Shown: positions 1 to 8,107 of the stretch, piece by piece
Numbering within the stretch: the stretch's first letter is position 1
How the letters are laid out: every line of letters starts with the position of its first letter
From: a virus
DNA length: 50,310 bases
Virus record (IMG/VR): IMGVR_UViG_3300008807_000160
Coordinates: 1 to 50,310 of that record
Direction: 5' to 3' (one strand)
Program-made: the position numbers and the translations under genes
The notes under the pieces: generated by a model
The model's input: only the letters and a program-made list of their open reading frames with translations
Told to the model about the DNA's origin: nothing
The model's database searches: none

Positions 1-99
1 GCTAGTCGATGGCCTCCTTCGTAGATGCCTGCAAGTTCATTGCACAATCCACGGGGACTGGCGATTTCGTCGTTTCTGGTCCGGCCCTTGGATATCAGA
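1..99. repeat. Terminal direct repeat, copy 1 (circular assembly overlap or terminal redundancy)
   Basis: Read directly: gctagtcgatggcctccttcgtagatgcc...ggatatcaga occurs at 1-99 and again at 50212-50310. Confidence 0.95.
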
Positions 100-614
100 C
101 CCCGGCAAGCGCAGGTGCCGTTGACGGCAAAATCTATCGCTACCGTGCGGAGATTTCGACGCTTCAGGAATGGGAGGTCGGATATGGCGTCTACACGGCG
201 GCAACACTGACGCTGGCGCGCACGACCGTTCTTTACAATTCGCTCGGCTCGACATCTCCGGTCAATTTCTCAATCCGCCCGCGTGTCGCGATCACGGCTC
301 TTGCGCGGGACATCCCGCAGACCGTCGACATGGAAATGACTGCGGGAACGTCCCTTCTGGTTGACGTCGATGCAAGCGTGGTCCGCGTCAACAAGACGGT
401 GGGAAGCGCCACGACAATCGTCATGCCGCTGTCGGAAGAGAAGGTCTGCGACACACTGGTTTGCGACTGGAAGATGGATGCCAGCACCAACCCAATAACC
501 ATCAACCTTTCCGGGTCCGAGACATTCCCGGGCGGTTTAACGAGCTGGGTTATATCCGCCGATGGCGGCAGCGTCTTTCTGCGGCGAATTCCTGGAGTTG
601 GCTACGCGCTATGA
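9..614 (+). CDS. Tail-fibre-like protein sharing an N-terminal domain with the 39593..40357 product
   Basis: 201 aa. The ATG lies 3 nt after the tail-fibre stop across the circular junction. By manual alignment, aa 1-100 are about 53% identical to aa 1-100 of the 39593..40357 protein (GYQ.P.AG.V.G..Y.YRAE, LARTTVLYNS.G.TS). The stop overlaps the next start (ATGA). Confidence 0.7.
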   Translation: MASFVDACKFIAQSTGTGDFVVSGPALGYQTPASAGAVDGKIYRYRAEISTLQEWEVGYGVYTAATLTLARTTVLYNSLGSTSPVNFSIRPRVAITALARDIPQTVDMEMTAGTSLLVDVDASVVRVNKTVGSATTIVMPLSEEKVCDTLVCDWKMDASTNPITINLSGSETFPGGLTSWVISADGGSVFLRRIPGVGYAL

Positions 615-2653
615 GACTTGCACATAGGGTTCTTCTTGCGGCTGCTTCGGCAGCCTTTTTTATTGCTCCGACGCAGGCGCAGTCGCCGGGGACGGTCCCG
701 AACCATGCCGTCCCGATCGGTAAGGGGCCTGGTGTGACGGGCTTCAGCAGTGCAGCGCCTGGCGCGTCAGGCGTTCCCCTGACCAGCACAGGCGCTTCCA
801 GCAATCCCGCCTTCAGCGCCATCGCGAGTGCTGGCATCAGTGACAGCGCCGTCACAAATGCGAAAATTGCCTCTGGCTCCGCGAACACCATGAAGGGCTC
901 GCTGAACGGGTCGGCGACGTCAGACATTACGTTGACGGCTTGCACGCTCACCTACCAGATCACAAAATGGGTGTCTGGCTCGGGGTGGCAGTGCGGCATC
1001 AATCCGGTGCTGCCGAGCCGGGCCGTCGCAGCCACGCTGGACCTGTCGGCGTTCAATGCGGTCACGACGCAGGGCTATGCGAAGCCGGGGGACGGCGGCG
1101 GCGCGACGTTCTACAGGCGTAACGGCGCGATCCTGACCTACAGCATCACCAATGCCGGCTCATGCAACAACGGCACCTGGCCGGGTATCCGACTGACGGG
1201 CGGCACGGGCACCGGCGCGGCTGGCACGCTGACGGTGTCCGGGGGCGTTGCAACGAACTTCACATTGCAGGGGACCAATGCCCAGGGCGTCGGCTACCTC
1301 GCGGGCGAAGTGTTGACCGTTTCGAGTGCCGGAAACGTGGTCTGTGCGTCCCTCCCGACCATCACCGTCAATACGGTCGGAAACGCCCCCTTTGTCGATG
1401 GTGCCATGAACGCGCTGTCGATCAACAACGCCGGGGCCGCCTGCACGAACGGAACCTTTTACGGGTTGACGCCGCAAAACACGGTGACCAATGGCGGTGG
1501 CTTCGGCGATCGTATGCAACTCAACGTGACCATCTCCGGCGGGGCGCTCACGGCCATCACTGTGGCTGTTCCTGGTGGTGGATATCGGGTTGGCGACCGC
1601 TTGAATTTCGTCAACCCCAACACGACGACGCAACTCGCCGGCTGCGCCACTCAGCCCGTGATCGAAGTTACAGGTGTTGACGCGCCGCGGGGGAGCTTCA
1701 CGGACGCTGGTGGTGTGAGTTGGCAGATCTTGGCCGATAATGATCTCAACGTCCTGCAATTTGGGGCTGTCTCGAACTACATCTGGCTCATGCCGGACGC
1801 CGATGCGACGGATAATGGGCCAGCTTTTAGAGATATTTTGCGCTTCGCCGCACTCGGCAACGGGCCTGCCGACGCGCATGGCTACGGCGGCGGCACGGTC
1901 TTTGTGCCAAGAGGTGGCTACCTGATCTGCGGCGGAATCATCCAGTATGAATATGTTACCTTGCGCGGCGCTGGATTCGGCGCCACGACCCTAAAGCAAT
2001 GCGATAGCGACGGGGCCACTGCGCCGTTGATCACGCAGGGCGCGTCTCTCAGCCGGGTCGGCAATTTTGCTGCCAATACATGGGATATGACACTCTACGG
2101 ATCGGCAAACGGGACCGGGCCGGTCATCTACTCCAACAACAACCAGAGCGGAGACGCCATCTCTCGCGTGGCTATCTATCCGAATACCGCCAACCGGACT
2201 TGTGTGAAGTACGAGATCGGCTATGGCGGCCAGTCCATGTACGGCATCCACAATGTAATTTGCGTGCCGCAATCCGGGTCTCCCGCGTTTGATCTGTCCG
2301 GCAATTACGGCTTCGTCATCGACGGCGAAACACATATCTCGGCCATTCTCACCGTTACGAACGGCGTCCGGTTCGGAGACGGCGGCACTGCCTATGTTGG
2401 CCCCGGCGTGCATTGCGAGGGCTCGATCACGAACTGCATTTCGGTGAATGGTTCCGGGTCATCGCCGCCACTTGTAACTGTTGTCGGCGTGACTGGCCCG
2501 GCGACGAACCTGATCCGCATCGAGACCGGCACGCCAGCCAATTACACGACCGTTATCAATACGAGCCCGAACGGGGCGACGTGCACGGTGTACATGCAGG
2601 CAACGGCGTCTTGTGCAAAGAGCGGCAACCAGTTGGGGCTTGCGACTTACTAA
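611..2653 (+). CDS. Tailspike / polysaccharide depolymerase-like protein (pectate-lyase-type beta-helix) with a signal-peptide-like N-terminus
   Basis: ATG 611 overlaps the upstream stop and is preferred over the ORF-track start at 461. The N-terminus is MRLAHRVLLAAASAAFFIAPTQAQS. A fibre-type motif AVTNAKIASGS is present. The pectate_lyase_3-like signature is LQFGA..DATDNGPAF..GGTVFVPRGGYLI..VTLRGAG. An internal duplicated ~90-aa module spans nt 1130-1678. Confidence 0.75.
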   Translation: MRLAHRVLLAAASAAFFIAPTQAQSPGTVPNHAVPIGKGPGVTGFSSAAPGASGVPLTSTGASSNPAFSAIASAGISDSAVTNAKIASGSANTMKGSLNGSATSDITLTACTLTYQITKWVSGSGWQCGINPVLPSRAVAATLDLSAFNAVTTQGYAKPGDGGGATFYRRNGAILTYSITNAGSCNNGTWPGIRLTGGTGTGAAGTLTVSGGVATNFTLQGTNAQGVGYLAGEVLTVSSAGNVVCASLPTITVNTVGNAPFVDGAMNALSINNAGAACTNGTFYGLTPQNTVTNGGGFGDRMQLNVTISGGALTAITVAVPGGGYRVGDRLNFVNPNTTTQLAGCATQPVIEVTGVDAPRGSFTDAGGVSWQILADNDLNVLQFGAVSNYIWLMPDADATDNGPAFRDILRFAALGNGPADAHGYGGGTVFVPRGGYLICGGIIQYEYVTLRGAGFGATTLKQCDSDGATAPLITQGASLSRVGNFAANTWDMTLYGSANGTGPVIYSNNNQSGDAISRVAIYPNTANRTCVKYEIGYGGQSMYGIHNVICVPQSGSPAFDLSGNYGFVIDGETHISAILTVTNGVRFGDGGTAYVGPGVHCEGSITNCISVNGSGSSPPLVTVVGVTGPATNLIRIETGTPANYTTVINTSPNGATCTVYMQATASCAKSGNQLGLATY

Positions 2654-2657
2654 GTAT

Positions 2658-2798
2658 CTATCGCCAGTTCTCGCCGTATAGCTGGCGCATCTCGTCATAA
2701 GCTCTCTTGATGCGCCATCGCCTCACGACGATCGCAGCAATACCCGTTGCGAACAAAAGTGCCAACATCATAACGGACAGGACGTAGAAGCCCGTCAT
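2658..2798 (-). CDS. Small single-pass membrane protein (46 aa)
   Basis: Uses an internal ATG of the 2658..2996 ORF. MTGFYVLSVMMLALLFATGIAAIVV is a TM helix followed by a basic tail. ATGA overlap with the upstream gene at 2795-2798. Confidence 0.5.
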   Translation of the reverse strand: MTGFYVLSVMMLALLFATGIAAIVVRRWRIKRAYDEMRQLYGENWR

Positions 2799-3019
2799 TT
2801 GATGATCGTCCTTGGGTCGCAATCGCACCCTGTTGGGCAGTAGTTGTGGGGCTGCTTCTGCGCGATGCCACGCCAATAGGCGGCCTGACACTCGGCTTTC
2901 TTGAGTTCGTGTTTCAAAACGATCGACGTGGCGCCGAACTGTATCAGTGCGGCCATTAATGCCATCAGACCAAAGAACTTGAGTGCAAAGCGCCAAGCAG
3001 CGCCATTAGCTTCGTCCAT
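2795..3019 (-). CDS. Small membrane protein with Cys-rich C-terminal part (74 aa)
   Basis: ATG at 3019 (the track start 3034 is a TTG). The hydrophobic helix FALKFFGLMALMAALIQFGA is followed by C..YCPTGCDC. GC3 is about 66% by manual count. Divergent from the endolysin gene. Confidence 0.5.
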   Translation of the reverse strand: MDEANGAAWRFALKFFGLMALMAALIQFGATSIVLKHELKKAECQAAYWRGIAQKQPHNYCPTGCDCDPRTIIK

Positions 3020-3076
3020 GATTTCTACCCGCAAAACGGGCGGAATCTATCACCGCAACCCATCAAAAGGCAACCC

Positions 3077-3745
3077 ATGGTAGACTTTAACGCCCTCACG
3101 AGGGCGAGCCTAGTCCGCTGGCAAAATGCCAAGCTGACCAGGAAGACTTTGAGCGATAAGGTCGCTAGGTCGCTCGTGGCCGCAAAGAAGCGATATCAGG
3201 CGGTTGAGGCCAGGACCGGCGTCCCATGGTTCGTGATCGCTGTGATCCATGAGCGGGAGTCGTCCCAGAATTGGGGGCGCTCTCTGGCCCAGGGAGACCC
3301 GTGGGACAGGGTATCGGTTCGCGTCCCGGCGGGACGTGGCCCGTTCAAGTCGTGGGAAGACGCGGCGATCGACGCGCTCGTGAACTGCCATCCCTTCCTC
3401 GCCAAGCGCAGCGACTGGTCTCTGGCCGGCGTCCTGATAGCGCTCGAAATGTACAACGGCCTTGGCTACGCCAGCAAGGGCGTTCCGAGCCCGTACCTCT
3501 GGGCCGGAACTGACCAATACAAGTCCGGCAAGTATGTAGCGGACGGAAAGTACGACGCCAGCCACGTCGACCAGCAACTCGGCTGTGTGGCGATGCTGTT
3601 TTCGATGATGGCGATCGACCCGACCATCACGTTTACCGGCGCGAAGATTGTTCCAATCTCGCCAAAGCCAGAACCTCAACCCGCAGCGTCCTCAGCTTGG
3701 GGCGCGTTCTTCTCTGTAATCCTCAGCATCTTCAGGAGAAAGTAA
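3077..3745 (+). CDS. Putative endolysin (lysozyme-family, COG5526-like)
   Basis: 222 aa. The segment VIAVIHERESS...EMYNGLGY resembles lysozyme-family proteins of Rhizobiales phages (from memory). It is immediately followed by three small membrane proteins. Confidence 0.6.
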   Translation: MVDFNALTRASLVRWQNAKLTRKTLSDKVARSLVAAKKRYQAVEARTGVPWFVIAVIHERESSQNWGRSLAQGDPWDRVSVRVPAGRGPFKSWEDAAIDALVNCHPFLAKRSDWSLAGVLIALEMYNGLGYASKGVPSPYLWAGTDQYKSGKYVADGKYDASHVDQQLGCVAMLFSMMAIDPTITFTGAKIVPISPKPEPQPAASSAWGAFFSVILSIFRRK

Positions 3746-3746
3746 A

Positions 3747-3896
3747 ATGGAAATTCTCAGCCTCATTGTCGGCTTCGTCGGTGGCGGCGCTCTGATCTGG
3801 TTCTGCAAGGAGCCAGTCACCCTTTGGTATAAAGGCGCCGAGGACTACGTCGGGTCGCTCAACGACAAGATTCAGAAGCTGAAGGCGAAGCTCTGA
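3747..3896 (+). CDS. Holin-like small membrane protein (49 aa)
   Basis: Below the ORF-track size cutoff. AGGAGA SD 8 nt upstream of the ATG. MEILSLIVGFVGGGALIWF is a TM helix. The stop overlaps the next start (TGATG). Confidence 0.6.
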   Translation: MEILSLIVGFVGGGALIWFCKEPVTLWYKGAEDYVGSLNDKIQKLKAKL

Positions 3897-4093
3897 TGCT
3901 CCCGGTTGCTGCGCCCATCACGCGGGTCTTGCTCCGGTACGTCATCGGCGCGTGGGTGACGAAAGCTGGCCTCGACCTGGATGTGAATGACCCGAATGTT
4001 TTCGAGGTCGCAAACTTCGTCATCGCAGGTCTACTCGGCGTTGCAACCGAGGGCTGGTACGCGATGGCGCGCCGGAAGGGGTGGGAACGCTAA
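3896..4093 (+). CDS. Holin/antiholin-like small membrane protein (65 aa)
   Basis: Two hydrophobic segments (VLLRYVIGAWV, FVIAGLLGVA). Translationally coupled to both neighbours. Confidence 0.6.
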   Translation: MLPVAAPITRVLLRYVIGAWVTKAGLDLDVNDPNVFEVANFVIAGLLGVATEGWYAMARRKGWER

Positions 4094-4521
4094 TGCTGCT
4101 TAGCGTCCTGTTCTCTGTCCTTAAGCTCGTCCCTGGGCTCGCCGACAAGTTTTTTCAATGGCAGATTCAGAAAGGAAACATCGAACTCGATGGCTTCAAG
4201 ACCGCGGCCGGCTTCGACATGGAAGCCTATAAGGCATGGCTTGCCGCGACTGTCCAAACCAATGGGCAGAAGCTGGCTGCCAATGCATGGTGGGGTGCAA
4301 AGCTCATCATCCTGACGGCTGGGTGGCCGTGCGCGATCCATATGGCGGCAGTCATATTGGACTCGATGCCGTTTCCGGGGCACCCGGTTGGGGCATGGGG
4401 AATTCCACGTCCTCCTGCGCCGTATGATCAGTACGAGCGCGACATCGTCATGAGCTTTTTTATTGTCGCCCCTGTCATGCCGCTGGTGAGCGCCGCAGCG
4501 CAATGGATCGGGCGCAAGTAA
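4093..4521 (+). CDS. Multi-pass membrane protein, possible 3-TM holin of the alphaproteobacterial GTA/phage type
   Basis: 142 aa from ATG 4093 (TAATG overlap). Hydrophobic segments are MLLSVLFSVLKLV, AKLIILTAGWPCAIHMAAVIL and FFIVAPVMPLV. The family assignment is from memory only. Confidence 0.5.
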   Translation: MLLSVLFSVLKLVPGLADKFFQWQIQKGNIELDGFKTAAGFDMEAYKAWLAATVQTNGQKLAANAWWGAKLIILTAGWPCAIHMAAVILDSMPFPGHPVGAWGIPRPPAPYDQYERDIVMSFFIVAPVMPLVSAAAQWIGRK

Positions 4522-4642
4522 GCGGGCCGCCGCGGGCGGTGACACGCCTGCGACAGCCCTAACCGACGCATCGCGCTAACGATGCACCGGCTGGGAATAG
4601 TCCTACCGGGAATCTCTTAACAGGAACTCTAGGGAATACCCG

Positions 4643-4936
4643 GTGACAGAATCTGAAGTCAGGCAAGTCGTCCAAGCCGTACTCGACGCAGAAAAGGAAA
4701 AACGAGCCAGCGAAGTCGATGATGTGGCTCTCAAGACAATGGCCGTTATCCTGTCGGCCTTCGGTATCGAAGACGAGGACCGCAAGGAAATCAGGGCGGA
4801 TTTCATCCATCTCCGCAAGTGGCGCAAGAGCGTCGAGCAGGCCCAAAGCTATACGTTCAAGGCAGTTATTACGGTCATCGCTACTGGCTTTGCCGGCGCC
4901 GTCTGGATGGGCATCAAAGCTGCGGTGGGCAAATGA
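4643..4936 (+). CDS. Tail-anchored small protein (97 aa), first gene of the six-gene accessory operon
   Basis: GTG start with AGGGA SD 7 nt upstream. Acidic helical N-terminal part and a C-terminal TM helix AVITVIATGFAGAVWMGI. Confidence 0.6.
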   Translation: MTESEVRQVVQAVLDAEKEKRASEVDDVALKTMAVILSAFGIEDEDRKEIRADFIHLRKWRKSVEQAQSYTFKAVITVIATGFAGAVWMGIKAAVGK

Positions 4937-5328
4937 GCAGAGAAAACCGATACCTCGTGCTGGCTGTTGTCTGCGTGATCTCGATCATCGTCTTGCTGTT
5001 CAGCGTCAGGATCACGGTGGCTCAACACTCAGGCCATAGGCCGCAAGACATGGAGCTTCACCACAAATTCTACAACAGTTGGAACATGCCCGATAACCGG
5101 GCGATCTCCTGTTGCCACGATCAGGATTGCCGGCCGGCAGAAGCCCGCATGGTCAACGGCCAGTGGATGGCTAGGCAAGAGGGTGATGACGGCGACTTCA
5201 CGCCGATCCCGCCGAACAAGGTTGAGACCGAGCGCGACACACCGGACGGGCGGAACCACCTTTGCGGACGGCGTAACAGCCCGCACGACTTCACTACTTT
5301 TTGCTTCATCTTCGGATCTGGTGGCTGA
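4933..5328 (+). CDS. N-terminally anchored Cys/His-rich protein (131 aa)
   Basis: ATG 4933 (ATGA overlap). TM helix LVLAVVCVISIIVLLF is followed by a soluble domain containing SCCHDQDC. Confidence 0.6.
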   Translation: MSRENRYLVLAVVCVISIIVLLFSVRITVAQHSGHRPQDMELHHKFYNSWNMPDNRAISCCHDQDCRPAEARMVNGQWMARQEGDDGDFTPIPPNKVETERDTPDGRNHLCGRRNSPHDFTTFCFIFGSGG

Positions 5329-6074
5329 TGGGAGTGAAACTCCTATTCTTGGACATCGAAACCGCTCCCATCCTTATGACTTCGTGGTCCATGCGGCCAC
5401 CCTACGCTAGAGCGGTATGGGTTGAGCGCGACACGTTCATCCTCATGTTCTCCTACCGATGGGCGCACGAAAAGCAAGTCAAGACGGTCTGCCTTCCTGA
5501 TTTCCCTCGCTACAAGCGCCATAAACACGACGATAAGGATCTTTGCCGCTCTCTTCATTCTCTCCTGGATGAAGCGGACATTGTGTGCGCGCATAACGGC
5601 GACGCATTCGACGTCAAGAAGATCAACAGCCGACTCATCGTCAACGGCTTCAAGCCGCCGAGCCCCTACAAGACGATCGACACGCTGAAGATTGCGCGCC
5701 GCGTCTTCAAGTTCGACAGCAACAAGCTAGACAACATCGGCCGCTATCTGGGGGAGGGGCGCAAGATCCCCAATACTGGCGCGGCGCTCTGGCGGGGCTG
5801 CGTCGATGGCGACGAGGCGGCGTGGCGCACGATGCGCCGCTATGGGAAGCAGGACACGGCGCTTCTGGCGAATGCCTACGAGCGGTTGAGGTCTTGGGCT
5901 CCGAACCACCCTAACCTGAACCTCTACAAGGCTTACCAGGACAAGGTGGGATGTCCGAAGTGCGGCAGCGAGCACGTCCAGCGCCGCGGTATCGCCGTGA
6001 AGCTCAACAGCAAATATTACCGCTTCCAGTGCAACGACTGCGGCGGCTGGTTCTCGGGGATGAAGGTGACATGA
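5328..6074 (+). CDS. RNase H-like 3'-5' exonuclease (PolB-exonuclease-related DEDD family) with C-terminal zinc ribbon
   Basis: ATG 5328 (TGATG overlap). DEDD motifs LFLDIETAP, AHNGDAFD and YGKQDTALLANAY. C-terminal CPKC...CNDC. Confidence 0.75.
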   Translation: MGVKLLFLDIETAPILMTSWSMRPPYARAVWVERDTFILMFSYRWAHEKQVKTVCLPDFPRYKRHKHDDKDLCRSLHSLLDEADIVCAHNGDAFDVKKINSRLIVNGFKPPSPYKTIDTLKIARRVFKFDSNKLDNIGRYLGEGRKIPNTGAALWRGCVDGDEAAWRTMRRYGKQDTALLANAYERLRSWAPNHPNLNLYKAYQDKVGCPKCGSEHVQRRGIAVKLNSKYYRFQCNDCGGWFSGMKVT

Positions 6075-6508
6075 CCTATCGCATTCGAGAGGTTGACGCC
6101 TCGGATGATGAGATAGCGGAAATAATCAGGGCATTTAACCGAGAGACGCCCACTTTTCCCGATCTGACGGACGACGAGCTCGACGGCTTCCATTGCTATT
6201 GGTGGCTGGCTTATCTGGACAAGGAGCCGGTTGGCTTCGCCGGTATGGTGCCTTCTCAGCGCTACAAGAATGTTGGATATCTGAAACGCGCTGGTGTCAC
6301 TGCGGGGCATCGCGGGAGAGGTCTCCAACTCAGATTTTTTCGGGCACGCGAACAAAAAGCACGTGCAATCGGCTGGACGCATCTTGTTTCGGAATGCACG
6401 AACACGGTATACTCTGCGAACAACTTCATTCGTGCCGGGTTCAAGCTCTTTGAGCCTGAAACAAGGTGGGCCTTTGAGAACTCCCTATATTGGAGGAAGG
6501 CGCTTTGA
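6071..6508 (+). CDS. GNAT-family N-acetyltransferase
   Basis: 145 aa from ATG 6071 (ATGA overlap). Acetyl-CoA motif A is GVTAGHRGRGLQLRF. Confidence 0.75.
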   Translation: MTYRIREVDASDDEIAEIIRAFNRETPTFPDLTDDELDGFHCYWWLAYLDKEPVGFAGMVPSQRYKNVGYLKRAGVTAGHRGRGLQLRFFRAREQKARAIGWTHLVSECTNTVYSANNFIRAGFKLFEPETRWAFENSLYWRKAL

Positions 6509-6702
6509 GCGATGGAATTAGCTTCTTCAAATACGTTCCTCACGGTTTCGCGCACGTCTGGGAGGCGGCAGGTTGGATCAAGACACCATCATTGAACGGG
6601 ACGCATCACGACCACTATTCGGTCCTGATGCAAGCGGGTCCGAACTGCAAGCTGGACTCGAAGGGAGAGCCGATTTGCCCTCCACTGGAGACCGCAGCAT
6701 AA
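6505..6702 (+). CDS. Hypothetical protein (65 aa)
   Basis: TTG 6505 with GGAGGA SD 6 nt upstream, overlapping the GNAT stop. No recognisable motif. Confidence 0.5.
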   Translation: MSDGISFFKYVPHGFAHVWEAAGWIKTPSLNGTHHDHYSVLMQAGPNCKLDSKGEPICPPLETAA

Positions 6703-6704
6703 CG

Positions 6705-6857
6705 GTGGCTGTGGTCGCTTCCGTAACCGTCGTCGAGCGCGAGATTACATTGATGCTTGGGCCTGGAGACCACTCCTGCCAGCGCTGGCGCCTTTCGGAA
6801 AGCCTCGCCGATAAGCTCGAATTTGAGCTGGCGACCGCACGAATGCGACGCCGCTAA
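6705..6857 (+). CDS. Hypothetical micro-protein (50 aa), weakly supported
   Basis: GTG 6705 lies directly after the upstream TAA. It is the last open frame before the terminator. No SD was seen. Confidence 0.3.
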   Translation: MAVVASVTVVEREITLMLGPGDHSCQRWRLSESLADKLEFELATARMRRR

Positions 6858-6882
6858 CCACACGCAACATCCGACCTATCAC

Positions 6883-6904
6883 AGCCGCCTTCGGGCGGCT
6901 TTTT
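6883..6904 (+). terminator. Rho-independent terminator ending the accessory operon
   Basis: Stem AGCCGCC, loop TTCG, stem GGCGGCT, followed by TTTT. Confidence 0.8.
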
Positions 6905-6922
6905 GCTGTTTGGAGCAACTGA

Positions 6923-8107
6923 ATGAGCTTTGGAAAACTCGGCGCAATGGGCCGTGGGTTTGGGGCGCTCGGGTCTCTTGGGAGAGCTGGTCTCCCGTAC
7001 TGGATAAACCTGACACCCGCGACCACCACGAAGGTGCTCGCCGGATTCCAGGCCATGCAGGCCGGCACGCGCAACATGGTCAAGGTATGGACCGGGAGCA
7101 GCGTGGACCGCGGCGTGGACGAAGGCGCATCGCCCTACAATTCGCAATATCCGCTCTCGGTGGCTGAGCAGCAAGCGACGCTATACCGCGCTGATGGCAT
7201 CGCGTCTGGGGCCAACAATTGGTACGGCATCTCGGGGACAAATTTCGCGGACTATATGAGCCGCGATAGCCGTTGCGCATCGACCGGATCGGCCACATCG
7301 GGAGTGACTGCTGTTCCGTGTCAGGGCGGCAGCGAGCTGGAGTTTCCAACGGCGGCGGGCACGTTCAGCTTTACGCCACAGCAGAACACCAACTTCGCCG
7401 AAATATACTATCAGGACAGCACCGCAGGCCGCGCGTTCAATTGGAACGCAGACGGCGGCTCGAATACCCTTCTTACCACGGCTGGCCTGAACACCATCGT
7501 CCGCGCCACTGGATCGCTCGGTAGCGTCGCCGCTCACACGGTCAACCTTTCATGGTCTGCCGGATTCGTCCGGATCTACGGCATCGATTGCTACGACAAC
7601 ACCCGCAAGGAAATCACGATCAGGCAATGGGCCACGTCTGGCGGGACCGTCTCCGGCATGATCGACAACACCGGGTCTCCGTCGTCAGGCCGGCTGCGGC
7701 AACTGGCGTTGTTCCCGCCTGATGTCGTCATGGGCGATATCGGCGTTGTCAACTCATGGCGTGCTGTTGGCGTCGCAGTCTCGACTGTAAAGACCCAGGC
7801 AGAGACCTATATCGACGCGATCAAGGCCGCGAACTCGGATTTCATTTTCGTCGTGCCGCCGTTCGACAGCGGAAGCGTTGGCAACACCGCCAACCAGCAG
7901 GCTTATATCGACGCGATCATTGCAAGCTGCATCTCCAAGGGGTGCGCTGTGTTCAACCTGCGATCAGCACCGGGCTGGACCAGCAAGGCTGCTTCTGATG
8001 CGGCGGGATACACGCGATCGAACGATGCTGTCCACAAGACGATAGCGGGGCAGGCGAGCACGGCAGAGCTGATGATGCCGGGGCTGCAATACGCCATGGG
8101 GATTTAA
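6923..8107 (+). CDS. SGNH/GDSL-family hydrolase (candidate polysaccharide esterase)
   Basis: 394 aa. Block I is VWTGSSVDRG and block V is SNDAVHKT (D-x-x-H). It starts 19 nt after the terminator and is convergent with the minus-strand block. Confidence 0.65.
   Translation: MSFGKLGAMGRGFGALGSLGRAGLPYWINLTPATTTKVLAGFQAMQAGTRNMVKVWTGSSVDRGVDEGASPYNSQYPLSVAEQQATLYRADGIASGANNWYGISGTNFADYMSRDSRCASTGSATSGVTAVPCQGGSELEFPTAAGTFSFTPQQNTNFAEIYYQDSTAGRAFNWNADGGSNTLLTTAGLNTIVRATGSLGSVAAHTVNLSWSAGFVRIYGIDCYDNTRKEITIRQWATSGGTVSGMIDNTGSPSSGRLRQLALFPPDVVMGDIGVVNSWRAVGVAVSTVKTQAETYIDAIKAANSDFIFVVPPFDSGSVGNTANQQAYIDAIIASCISKGCAVFNLRSAPGWTSKAASDAAGYTRSNDAVHKTIAGQASTAELMMPGLQYAMGI

Noticed and set aside
461-610. 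The upstream start (461) of the 730-aa ORF-track version of the spike gene
   Set aside because: It would overlap the 9..614 gene by 150 nt with an implausible Arg/Trp-rich leader. ATG 611 overlaps the upstream stop (ATGA) and begins a coherent signal-like N-terminus.
4522-4642. Small stem-loops (CCGCC-GCG-GGCGG; GCATCG-CGCTAA-CGATGC) in the gap after the lysis cassette as a terminator
   Set aside because: The stems are only 5-6 bp with no U-tract. I noted them only as the boundary of the downstream six-gene operon.
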